A stretch of DNA of 64,000 bases, from the IMG/VR virus record IMGVR_UViG_3300028393_000021; one strand, given 5' to 3'. Origin of the DNA: a virus. Positions within the stretch are counted from its first letter, which is position 1, and every line of letters starts with the position of its first letter. The notes under the pieces are model-generated. The model did no database searches. It saw nothing but the letters and a program-made list of their open reading frames with translations, and was not told where the DNA came from. The position numbers and the translations under genes were made by a program. Positions 54,625 through 64,000 of the stretch are shown here, piece after piece.

Positions 54625-57600
54625 CTGGTCCTTTATCGCAGAACATGCCTGTACACTCAAATCCCAGTCTACTCATGTATGCTATTACTTCATTATGTAA
54701 AGGAGCACCTTTATTATATTCTATCATCTGTAATCCTAAAATTACATGGTTAACAGTTTTTAAAGTTTCTGTGGCACCTTTGAGAATATCCAATTCAGAG
54801 CCCTGCACATCCATCTTAATTAAATCAGGTAGTGGTAATTGTCCAGCAAGAACTGCACTATCTAATGTGATTGATTTAAGTTTACGCTTGTGAGATTCAG
54901 TGTATAAAATTTTAGCTGCTGGATTTATATCAGAATTTTCTACATAATAACTATTGCCACCTGGATCAAAATCATTTTGATAAAATTCAATTTCTCTACC
55001 ATCAGTGTCACTGAGCAAACCTATGTTATATTTCATACCCGCTTCTTGATATAAAATTTCTGCAGAATCCATGGCATCAAATGCAACAACCTCAGCATTG
55101 ACCCAAACTTTCTTTGCAGCTTTGGTCCAATGTAATACACATGCACCTATATCATACACAACAATAGGGTTATAATTATATTGATCTCTAATTTTTACAA
55201 GATAGTCAGTATGTGAAGTGGGCAATGTTCCACTGTTTCCTATAAATCGCAATCTGTCTGCTACGCTATTAAACGTGGCAGAAGCTGGATCTAATAGTGC
55301 AGGTATACTATTATCAATTTGATAAGTGAAACTACCAATATGTCTGCATTGTATAGTAGTATCTACCCAGATATGGAATCCATTGTTTCTTGCCTTAGTA
55401 CAGAAATCATTATCTTCAGAGATAGTGTGTGCATGATTTATGGCAGAGTGGTATTTAAATTGTGGATATCCAACTGTTCTAAACACTTCTGCCTTGACTA
55501 ATACACATCCAAAACCGCAGCCTGCAATTTCAACTAGACCCCGTCCTTTGATCTTTTCATAAGGAATGTTTGATACGCCACCTCTATTATTATGCTCATA
55601 TAATTCTAAAACATGTATGCCAGGTCGACGTTGTATGTACATACCTGATACCACATCCTTATCATGTGCCAATAATTTTTTAAGAATATCTCTGTCAAAT
55701 GCAATGTCACTGTCAATGGATAACAAATAATCATACCCATTAACTACCCAATCAGCAATCAGGTTACGTACCTGATCAATGTTGTAACCGTAGTAATATT
55801 GAAAGTCAACTATATATCCATCGGGTACTTCTAGATCATATATAGATTTAAACGTGTCTGCTTCAATGTTTCTAGCAGTGGGTATACCGATTAAAATTCG
55901 TTTCTTTACTTGTACAGGTAATGGCGCAATGATAGGAACAGGCAATTCGTTGATTATCTCTTGCATGTCTACTCTAACCTGTTCGTAGACATGAGTTTCT
56001 CTTTCTAACACCCCACCGGTGATAGAAATATCCGAAGTAGTTGCTGCAAATTGACTATAGAACTCCATGTTTGTAATAATATAGTTTGTCTTGCCTCTCC
56101 TTAGCTGTAGATCAAATATAAAATTATCACCATAATAAATATCCAAACCATGGGGTATTGGGATCCAGCTCTTTTTATCGATGAACATTAAACAGCCAAA
56201 ACCATAAGTATGTTCACCTGTCCATGGAACAATATCGATGATTTTTGTAGTAATAGGTGGCTGGTTAAAGTCGGGCTCGCCTGGACATAACCCAAACACA
56301 CCATTATCTTCATTTAACATGTTTTGTAGTTTTTCAAATACATCAGTATCAAACACCACATCATCGTTGACAATACATAGTTTGTCATTTCTACTGGTTT
56401 CAACACCAATGTTCCATGCTGGATTAACAAATATGTTTGTGCCAAAGTCTAACATTCTAATCTTAGGATGATCTAATCCTATACTAGGTGTTTTGGTATT
56501 ATCATTGTTAATGATGATAATTTCATTTACAGATTTATGTTCACATAGCTTACCCACAAATTCTATAAATTGATCTGCTACTCTCCACATTGTGGGAACA
56601 ATTACAGAATACTTGGTAGTTTTAGTTTTGTTAATAATATCTCGGGCTGTGCGTGTTTGTTCATCACTGTTAACTTTATAATCGTTCAATGGATTTATAT
56701 CGTTGTAATTATAAACAATGTCCTGCAAACATTTAATTTTATTGGGATTAGCTGCTTCGATCAATGCATAGAACACACTACCGTCGCCTCCTGCTTTGTA
56801 CCATTCCCCTTGACTGTCTTGAAACATATTGTTATCAATACTATTAATTAGATGTTTCCTAAAGGTACGAAAATGCGTATAAGGTAAAATCCAGTTAAAG
56901 TGATGGTTACGATAATTTCCGGACTGCTTAATCTTTTCAGGATATGGTTGACTAATCAACGGAATGTTATCAACCATACTCCAGCAACTACCATAAGTAA
57001 ATTCAGTGTCAGCATCGTATACAGTATTGTAATAGGATAATACAGTATTGTCGTTAATTAAACTATCATCACCATCGAGCAACATTACAATCGCACCATC
57101 ATTTAATGTACGTATGGTGTCAATTTGATTTTTAACAGCACCTTGATTAGTTGTATTTTTAATTAATATAAATTTATCTTGTATCTCAATGGGTAACTTG
57201 CTGATTACATATTCTACAACTTCAATGGAATTATCAGTTGAGCAATCGTCAATCAGTATATGACGGTAATTATTGTAATCCTGTGTGGCCACACTGAGGA
57301 TACATTTTTCAATGTAATGAGCACAATTATAAAATGGGCTAAGAATTACAAATTCTTGTTCAACATTGGATTTATAAGTTTCAAGTTCAATCTCATTATG
57401 GAATCTACGTTTCCATATTTTATTGACTTTGTGATTAATTTTACTAGCTTCTCTATATTCATCAGCAGGGAGATAATTGCCTGTCTTTTTAAAGAAATGC
57501 TGTTTCCACTGCAATGCCACACTGTCCCATCCTGCTATATCTTTGATGATGTTGCAATAGTATTGTTTTTGTTGATGTAGATATTTGTTATGATATGCTG

Positions 57601-58681
57601 CTAGTGTTGCATTGACAAAATGTTCAACTTGTGCCGATGAATTAATAGTGGGAAATAAACCGTTGGGTACTATGGCATAGTCAATGAGATAACAGGCACC
57701 GTCTAATGCAATTTCTTCCAAAGCGCCAAATCTGCAAGTGATCACAGGAGTATTGTAGATTAAACTTTCTAATGTACTAATTCCGTAAGTTTCAGGAAAT
57801 GCTGCAGGATATATCATGAAATTAGATTCAGATAATATCTTTGCAATTTCGTACTGTGGTATAATGCCAGTAAATTCTATACCCTTGGCCTGATTATTGA
57901 CATCATCTGCTAGCTGTCGCCATTTTGTTTCTTGTTCATCAGGTGCATCACCGGAGCTAAATCTATAATAGCCTCCAATGATTTTTAATTTTGCCTGTGG
58001 CAATTGATGTTTAATCCTTGGCCAAATTTGTTCCACCAAGGGGACCATGCCCTTGCTAACAGAAGCATTATATACAAATAAATTTGGGTCTTTAGCTTGT
58101 ATATCAACTTCGAGATTATAATTCCTAGCACCGTTTCTAGTAATGAATAACTTGCGTTTTAATACTTCAAAGTTTCTTTTCTTACCATGGTCGCAATTGG
58201 CCACATAGGTTGAATGAAAGTCACTGAGTGTAAAAATGTCAGTGATACGATTTGCATTGGCCAAATCTTCAATCAATAAGTCTCCGAGGCAAAATGTATC
58301 ATGCATCCATAACACACGCATCTTGGCTTTGCTTAGAATACGATCATATAGATTCATATCCTTAAATGGCCAAGCTCTTGCATCACCTAATTTCTGATAG
58401 TCATTTGGATCTGTAAATGGTATTACAGTCCTAGAACTAATAATTATATCAAAAATATGATCTTGTGCAAGATCAGTTAATGGACGATATGTTACGTCAT
58501 CATATATGCCTGCTTTTGCGTGATCAATATTACAGTTATTGAACACGGTAACATTAAAATCTAATTCGGCTAATTCTCGAGCCATTAAAGTAACAGCACT
58601 TTCGCTGCCACCTAATCCTTGTTTATCCACAGTAGTACCATCGAATGGTATACCAATAATGTCTATTATAGCAATTTTCAT
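54596..58681 (-). CDS. 1361-aa multidomain glycosyltransferase (GT4 + three GT-A domains + FkbM methyltransferase)
   Basis: GGSE and ETYGISTLE (GT4); SPFYN...LLDGDD; VPTMW...VNDD; GIPT...IDSD; YDIGA...KMDVQGSE. Confidence 0.85.
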   Translation of the reverse strand: MKIAIIDIIGIPFDGTTVDKQGLGGSESAVTLMARELAELDFNVTVFNNCNIDHAKAGIYDDVTYRPLTDLAQDHIFDIIISSRTVIPFTDPNDYQKLGDARAWPFKDMNLYDRILSKAKMRVLWMHDTFCLGDLLIEDLANANRITDIFTLSDFHSTYVANCDHGKKRNFEVLKRKLFITRNGARNYNLEVDIQAKDPNLFVYNASVSKGMVPLVEQIWPRIKHQLPQAKLKIIGGYYRFSSGDAPDEQETKWRQLADDVNNQAKGIEFTGIIPQYEIAKILSESNFMIYPAAFPETYGISTLESLIYNTPVITCRFGALEEIALDGACYLIDYAIVPNGLFPTINSSAQVEHFVNATLAAYHNKYLHQQKQYYCNIIKDIAGWDSVALQWKQHFFKKTGNYLPADEYREASKINHKVNKIWKRRFHNEIELETYKSNVEQEFVILSPFYNCAHYIEKCILSVATQDYNNYRHILIDDCSTDNSIEVVEYVISKLPIEIQDKFILIKNTTNQGAVKNQIDTIRTLNDGAIVMLLDGDDSLINDNTVLSYYNTVYDADTEFTYGSCWSMVDNIPLISQPYPEKIKQSGNYRNHHFNWILPYTHFRTFRKHLINSIDNNMFQDSQGEWYKAGGDGSVFYALIEAANPNKIKCLQDIVYNYNDINPLNDYKVNSDEQTRTARDIINKTKTTKYSVIVPTMWRVADQFIEFVGKLCEHKSVNEIIIINNDNTKTPSIGLDHPKIRMLDFGTNIFVNPAWNIGVETSRNDKLCIVNDDVVFDTDVFEKLQNMLNEDNGVFGLCPGEPDFNQPPITTKIIDIVPWTGEHTYGFGCLMFIDKKSWIPIPHGLDIYYGDNFIFDLQLRRGKTNYIITNMEFYSQFAATTSDISITGGVLERETHVYEQVRVDMQEIINELPVPIIAPLPVQVKKRILIGIPTARNIEADTFKSIYDLEVPDGYIVDFQYYYGYNIDQVRNLIADWVVNGYDYLLSIDSDIAFDRDILKKLLAHDKDVVSGMYIQRRPGIHVLELYEHNNRGGVSNIPYEKIKGRGLVEIAGCGFGCVLVKAEVFRTVGYPQFKYHSAINHAHTISEDNDFCTKARNNGFHIWVDTTIQCRHIGSFTYQIDNSIPALLDPASATFNSVADRLRFIGNSGTLPTSHTDYLVKIRDQYNYNPIVVYDIGACVLHWTKAAKKVWVNAEVVAFDAMDSAEILYQEAGMKYNIGLLSDTDGREIEFYQNDFDPGGNSYYVENSDINPAAKILYTESHKRKLKSITLDSAVLAGQLPLPDLIKMDVQGSELDILKGATETLKTVNHVILGLQMIEYNKGAPLHNEVIAYMSRLGFECTGMFCDKGPDGDYHFVRK

Positions 58682-58688
58682 ACTATTA

Positions 58689-58716
58689 ATTATACACTAC
58701 AGGTACTGTGTGTCAA
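58689..58716 (-). promoter_or_regulatory. sigma70 promoter (leaderless start)
   Basis: TTGACA-16-TATAAT, 7 nt before ATG 58681. Confidence 0.75.
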
Positions 58717-58732
58717 TAATATTGAGTATGGT

Positions 58733-61700
58733 TTATCTTAACCGTGGATAAGTCAGTGGTGGCGGAAGTAAAGGGTCTGTATATCGAGCAATTTGTGTAA
58801 TTCTTAAATCATCAATATATCCCTTAAATGATAATGAATTATAGGATATTCCAATGTACTTAAATGGTATTGTGTAATTTGTTGTATTTGTTGTAGAACT
58901 AGTAATTGCAGAATTTATATACATAGTTAATATAGATCCAGATCTAACAACTGCTACATGATTCCATATATTAACAATCACAGTTCCTGTGGTAACAAAT
59001 GTGGTATTATCTTTCCAACCAATTTGACTGCCCACAGCATCGTTCACTCCTGTATATCCTAAATATGCAGATCCCGGAACACTGGTACTAGTAGTCCTAG
59101 AATCTAATAATGCCGGTGCGGTAGTTGAGGTACTGTACAAACTAAGTGGGTACATCCACATTTCTATTGTAAAATCCCCAGAGCCCAGTGCTGTTAAATT
59201 TGTTGCAGTGGTTGTTGAAGTCGAACCTATACCCAATCCATCACCGTCACCATCAAAGTATATACTAGTGGCATTATATTTAACAATTGAATTTGAAACT
59301 GATATATCACCTATGGAATATATATTATTTTGTGTAGTGGCATCAAATATTTTACTTTCAGTGGCATTAATTAATAAACTAGTGTTAGCAAATTTAAATT
59401 CAATAGCTCCGCTGGAATTAAACACATAAACTTTATAGCTGTTTGTGGTATAAACTCCAGTTGTACCTGTGGTCAACGGTGCAGTAGTAAGCGTATCTGT
59501 ATGCCATATAATTACTTTACCTGATCCTCCGGTGCCGCCGGTGCCGCCGCCGCCGTAGTAATCGCCGCCGCTGCCGGCTCCCCCGTTGCCAGTGTTTGTG
59601 CCGGCTGCAGGTGGACTTAAGGAGTTGGATGGTGTGCCACCTGCAGAAAATGTTGCCGAATATGTTGAACTACTAGCAACACTAACATACAGTCCGGAAC
59701 CACCAACACCGTAAGCTCCTGCACTAGATGCACCACCTGCAGAACCAGCGCCACCACCACCGCCACCGAAATAGCTGCTGCGGCCCTGGCCGGCAACGCT
59801 GTAGCTGTAACCGCCACTATTCCCTCCACTATTTCCATATCCAATTCCAGAACCATTTAGTCCCAGTGTATTTTGTGTAGATGTACCAGCCTGGGTTGCC
59901 GCCGTTTGATAACTATAGGCATTACCACCACTACCAGAACCACCAGCGAGACCTACGGTACCGGCTGCATCCGACCCACCACCACCACCACCTTTAGCTA
60001 GAATATTTGGAGGAATATTAAGTCCAACCAGTTGACTATCTTGGCCATTGGTCCGGGAACCACCGCCTGCACCCACAGTGATAGTTATTACACCCATGAT
60101 ATCAGTGGCAGTAAAGCTACCAACTGTTAGGCCGCCTGCGCCGCCGCCTGCGCCATATTCTGTGCCATAGGCCGCACTGGGAGTGTATTGGCCAGTCCCA
60201 CCACCACCGCCACCTGCTACTACTACATAATTAATTGTAAAACTTGATGATTGAGATCTAGTGTCAGGTGTTAATGGTGTAACTGGTAATGTATATGTTG
60301 TAACACCTCCAGCAGTTGTTATCCGTTCTGAAATAGCGCCTCGTAATATACGTAGATTCGATAGATACCCCTTGTAATATCCAAGATTTAGATATGTCGA
60401 TCTACCTATACTAAAATTATTAGTAATCAATTTAAAATTAGGAGATACAGCAGTATACAAACTGCTTAGAACAGTTGTAATTGTAATAGATGTAACAGTA
60501 GTACCGGCAGATGTGCCATTGATATACAAAGTTACAGTTGTATTATTTCTAACTAATGCTATATGATTCCATGCTCTAAATTTAACTTTTAAATTTTCTG
60601 CATCGGTACTTGTAAATGTAGTGGCAGTTCCTAGACTAACTGTACATCGCCCCGAAGTCTGCAATGCCAAAGACATCCCATCGTTGGTAGACGTAGTAGC
60701 TGTACCAAATGTCATAGCACCGGATATGTTATATCGACTATCGATAAAATACACAGTGGTGCTAATTGGTTCTGGATAAGACCAAAATTCTATACTAAAA
60801 CTGTTATTTTGAAAATTAACAGCATTAGGATTCACTGTTAAAAAGTCTGTGCTACCATCAAAGTAAACACTACCACCGGTCAACAGTGTGTTATATGGCC
60901 CGGGATTTATAAAGGGAGAGAATCTACGTATTGCAGGAGTACCATTTTGACTAACTGTAAAATTATAATTGCTTTTGTCAATAAGTGATCCACTTGCAGA
61001 AACCAACAAGTTAGTATTATTAACTAACGGAAACGGTGATCTAGGTAATGCAATTATACTTGATCCATTTAAAAAACGAAAATTTGACATGTAACCCTGG
61101 AAATAGTTGGTACCGTCATAGCCAATATATATAGATTGAGTATTATTATACACTGTTCCAGTGCTGGACGCGGTTACTAAATTACCGCCATTTAACATGC
61201 TGGTATAGGTTGATCCGGACCTAGATAGAGATATGTGATTCCAAGTGTTCAAATTAATCAGAGTGTTAGATATTGGTAGATAATCTGTTCCGAACGTAAT
61301 AGTTCCACTACCGGTGAATATATATATTCTAAATCCGCCTGTCACAGTGTATGTTACTGGGCCAATTGTTGTTGCTGGTGCATAGGTATCAGAATAACGA
61401 AGAATGACTACTCCCGACCCGCCTCTACTACCCGCAGTCCCTGACTCACCGCCACCACCGCCACCACCTCCTCCAGTATTTGCGGTGGCGTTTGAGGCAG
61501 CCCTGTAATTGTAAGCTGCGCCATAGCCACCGCCATAACTAAGGCCGAAGCCGGTGTAACTGCTGTTGCCGCCGCCACCACCTCCTCCTCGGCCAACAGA
61601 TGTCCCTGTAATAGTCGAATATAATCCTATGCCACCTTCTCCTCCTCCTCCGACCCCGCCAGCACCACCGCCTCCGTTGTTATAATAGCTAAAACTGCCG

Positions 61701-64000
61701 CTAAGACTGCCACCGGCAAATCCTTGCCCAGTTGTGCCAGCACCACCAGTACCGCTACCGGAGTTGCCTTGAGCACCGCCACCACCACCAGACCCTCCAG
61801 CAAGGCCATTACCAACATTATCATAATAACTACTACCACCACCACCACCACCGTTTGCAACCACGCTTACATTTGGGCCTGTTATAGAAGAATAGTTGCC
61901 AGATTGTCCTGTTCCAAAGAACGGCGTTCCTCCACCATCTCCCACCGTTACGGTATAAAGGGTAAGAGTTTGTACCGTAAGCGTATTCTCGGCAGATGCT
62001 CCGCCTCCAGATGTTTCGACAGATGTTCTATATCCACCAGCACCTCCTCCAGCGCCGCCAAGACCACCACCACCACCTCCTCCACCACCACCACCAATGA
62101 CTAGAAAATCAACACTCTGTGGCGGGCGAACTTCAGCAATTGAAGTAGTTACTGTATTTTGAGCACTTATTTTTAAGTTAAAAGGACTGAGTTCACTAGT
62201 GATTGATTTTGTAATAATCGTAGAAGTGGATGCACGAGTTGAATAAAACCAACCCTCTACTGTAAAATCTGAACTAATATTGAATACACTGCTGTGTTGA
62301 ATGCTTAGGTAGTCAGTGGTGCCATTAAAATATGTACTCCAATTTGTTGAGTATGGATTAAATGATCCTTGTGCCAACATATTCCCATACCCTTGAACAG
62401 GATATGATAATATACTTGAATCTTTTAAATATCTATTACCCCATTGTGGACCAAATGTAATTGTTCCGCTGCCATTAAGAAATGCATATATTATATAATC
62501 ATTTTGATATGATATATTATATGCACTTTTATTTCCAACTGCTGCTATTGGCAATGATGCTAAATGCCAGAAGAATGCAAGACCACCACCGCCGGAATAT
62601 CCAGCACTTCCACTTCCACCTCCACCATTTCCGCCTATTGGGCCGGCACCGTTAATACCACCATTACTATCGCCACCACCAGTGGCAAAAGTATTTGAAA
62701 AAGTTGAAGAGCTAGCTATATTAACATATTTTCCAGCAACAACAACTGAACCGTCTGGTGAGTTAGAAAGATAGACTGTATTCCCACTACCTGTAATATT
62801 AACTTTTTTAATATTAGTAGGACGGGTACCTAATCGATCATCATTGCCTACTTGAAATAATCCGCCATCATCATGTCCCCAGTCTGCAAACCATAGATAT
62901 CCTGATGAATCAATGGATCCAAATATATCCATGTCGCTTTGCGTTGAGTACCCAGCAGTAAAACTACTTTTTCCAATAATTGAACTTGGACCGTAACCTG
63001 TGTTTTCTTTCCAACCCGATGTTCCACCATAGTAAAAGTTCCCGTTACTATGGAAAGAAGAATAACCATCAATTGAAAATAATTGTGTTCCCACTGAATC
63101 TTCTTCTGTAGTATTTCCATATGTTTGACCAAATGACACACTGATTGGAAAAGCAACAGAAGTTAATACGCCTGTGGATAAATTTACTGTAAACAATCTT
63201 GCGGAGTTGGTATTCCAACGTCCAATCATAAATTGATTAACACCGTCCGACATTGTCCATAAACTGTTGCGGGGCGACGCAGTTCCTATTGCAGCCTGTT
63301 CACTTGCTGAAAATGTTCCAGTAGTAAAAGAATTTACTTTATATTTTTGTGTAGACAAGTTAATCCACACAGTACTACTTGTTGCAGGGAACGTAACTAT
63401 TGTTGCGCTGGCGCTGCCAGCGTTTATAAACGTAGATCCAGGATAATACGTTACACTATCAAGTGCTGAATTTGTAATAGTAGCGGCGCTCCCTTGAAAT
63501 TTGTCCCAGTTGCCGCCCCAAGTATCTGTATTATTTCTAGCAATTACACCTTTACCATCTGCATCCATGAATAAACTATCATGGTCGTCATTACTATAGA
63601 ATAATATACTAGTAGTAGCAGCAGTGTATGCTGGGGTTACGCCACCAGTAGTAAACATAGACTGCGAAATTGTAGTTCCGAGTGTGTTTTTTACATATGC
63701 TACACTAATAGTTATATTGCCACTGGCAGTTGCAAGTATATATTTTAAAAATCCTTTATTTGGTAACGCAATAAATCCAGTAATAGGAAGTAATGCATCA
63801 ATGGATGTAATTGGGCCAACTGAGGTAGCGTCATAACTGCTACCTGATATCAATGAAAACCCAGAACTAAGACCACTAGTAGCTGCACCAGCGCCACCGC
63901 CTTGGGCAACATAGAGACCTCCGCCACCCATGAAACCTGCATGACCCCAATAATTAGGACCATTATTTAGTGATAATGTTGTAATACCAGCAGTACCTCC
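58733..64000 (-). CDS. large Gly-rich tail fibre/adhesin with LamG/ConA-like domains; 5' end outside the window
   Basis: Frame open from 64000 to 58733; repeated GGGGGG blocks, FTVEGW/FTIEMW...WNHV LamG modules, GSGVVILRY glycine-rich modules. Confidence 0.85.
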   Translation of the reverse strand, partial: GGTAGITTLSLNNGPNYWGHAGFMGGGGLYVAQGGGAGAATSGLSSGFSLISGSSYDATSVGPITSIDALLPITGFIALPNKGFLKYILATASGNITISVAYVKNTLGTTISQSMFTTGGVTPAYTAATTSILFYSNDDHDSLFMDADGKGVIARNNTDTWGGNWDKFQGSAATITNSALDSVTYYPGSTFINAGSASATIVTFPATSSTVWINLSTQKYKVNSFTTGTFSASEQAAIGTASPRNSLWTMSDGVNQFMIGRWNTNSARLFTVNLSTGVLTSVAFPISVSFGQTYGNTTEEDSVGTQLFSIDGYSSFHSNGNFYYGGTSGWKENTGYGPSSIIGKSSFTAGYSTQSDMDIFGSIDSSGYLWFADWGHDDGGLFQVGNDDRLGTRPTNIKKVNITGSGNTVYLSNSPDGSVVVAGKYVNIASSSTFSNTFATGGGDSNGGINGAGPIGGNGGGGSGSAGYSGGGGLAFFWHLASLPIAAVGNKSAYNISYQNDYIIYAFLNGSGTITFGPQWGNRYLKDSSILSYPVQGYGNMLAQGSFNPYSTNWSTYFNGTTDYLSIQHSSVFNISSDFTVEGWFYSTRASTSTIITKSITSELSPFNLKISAQNTVTTSIAEVRPPQSVDFLVIGGGGGGGGGGGLGGAGGGAGGYRTSVETSGGGASAENTLTVQTLTLYTVTVGDGGGTPFFGTGQSGNYSSITGPNVSVVANGGGGGGSSYYDNVGNGLAGGSGGGGGAQGNSGSGTGGAGTTGQGFAGGSLSGSFSYYNNGGGGAGGVGGGGEGGIGLYSTITGTSVGRGGGGGGGNSSYTGFGLSYGGGYGAAYNYRAASNATANTGGGGGGGGGESGTAGSRGGSGVVILRYSDTYAPATTIGPVTYTVTGGFRIYIFTGSGTITFGTDYLPISNTLINLNTWNHISLSRSGSTYTSMLNGGNLVTASSTGTVYNNTQSIYIGYDGTNYFQGYMSNFRFLNGSSIIALPRSPFPLVNNTNLLVSASGSLIDKSNYNFTVSQNGTPAIRRFSPFINPGPYNTLLTGGSVYFDGSTDFLTVNPNAVNFQNNSFSIEFWSYPEPISTTVYFIDSRYNISGAMTFGTATTSTNDGMSLALQTSGRCTVSLGTATTFTSTDAENLKVKFRAWNHIALVRNNTTVTLYINGTSAGTTVTSITITTVLSSLYTAVSPNFKLITNNFSIGRSTYLNLGYYKGYLSNLRILRGAISERITTAGGVTTYTLPVTPLTPDTRSQSSSFTINYVVVAGGGGGGTGQYTPSAAYGTEYGAGGGAGGLTVGSFTATDIMGVITITVGAGGGSRTNGQDSQLVGLNIPPNILAKGGGGGGSDAAGTVGLAGGSGSGGNAYSYQTAATQAGTSTQNTLGLNGSGIGYGNSGGNSGGYSYSVAGQGRSSYFGGGGGGAGSAGGASSAGAYGVGGSGLYVSVASSSTYSATFSAGGTPSNSLSPPAAGTNTGNGGAGSGGDYYGGGGTGGTGGSGKVIIWHTDTLTTAPLTTGTTGVYTTNSYKVYVFNSSGAIEFKFANTSLLINATESKIFDATTQNNIYSIGDISVSNSIVKYNATSIYFDGDGDGLGIGSTSTTTATNLTALGSGDFTIEMWMYPLSLYSTSTTAPALLDSRTTSTSVPGSAYLGYTGVNDAVGSQIGWKDNTTFVTTGTVIVNIWNHVAVVRSGSILTMYINSAITSSTTNTTNYTIPFKYIGISYNSLSFKGYIDDLRITQIARYTDPLLPPPLTYPRLR

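Noticed and set aside
59500-62110. CRISPR-like or tandem DNA repeats (ccaccaccg runs)
   Set aside because: They encode poly-Gly in the tail fibre; there are no constant-length repeats with unique spacers
1-64000. Bacterial chromosome or prophage origin
   Set aside because: There are no integrase, att sites or core housekeeping operons; the dense small ORFs, late-promoter motif, homing endonucleases and virion genes fit a large lytic phage

Overview
A 64 kb piece of a large AT-rich tailed-phage genome (jumbo-phage-like, standard genetic code), coded almost entirely on the minus strand. It carries near-consensus sigma70 promoters and a recurrent T4-like late-promoter motif, TAAATA. In coordinate order it holds: the start of a tRNA array (Asp partial, Glu, Thr, Ala, Asn, an atypical Tyr, plus tRNA-like modules) behind a leader-peptide attenuator; a kinase/nucleotidyltransferase-sulfotransferase-methyltransferase group; a PlcP-like phosphoesterase plus Agt-like GT4 pair interrupted by a homing-endonuclease-like gene; a Pro-rich lipoprotein; heme oxygenase plus a bilin reductase; clpS, hsp20 and dnaK; many small phage ORFs; a DGQHR/ParB-like protein coupled to an HNH nuclease; rpsU and clpX; a roughly 10 kb nucleotide-sugar/glycosylation cluster; csp, a CHAP-like hydrolase, glutaredoxin, iscU and nrdB; an nrdA split into two genes; virion-type genes; a short plus-strand GNAT/phasin-like operon; a 1361-aa multi-domain glycosyltransferase; and a Gly-rich LamG tail fibre that runs off the window end. 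The strongest candidates for new biology are (1) the split nrdA, whose halves carry a degenerate, apparently non-splicing split-intein remnant, (2) the ribosome-sensing attenuator upstream of the tRNA array, and (3) the phage-borne phospholipid-remodelling cassette. A proteobacterial, possibly freshwater betaproteobacterial, host is inferred only. All family assignments come from motif recognition by eye; no database searches were run.
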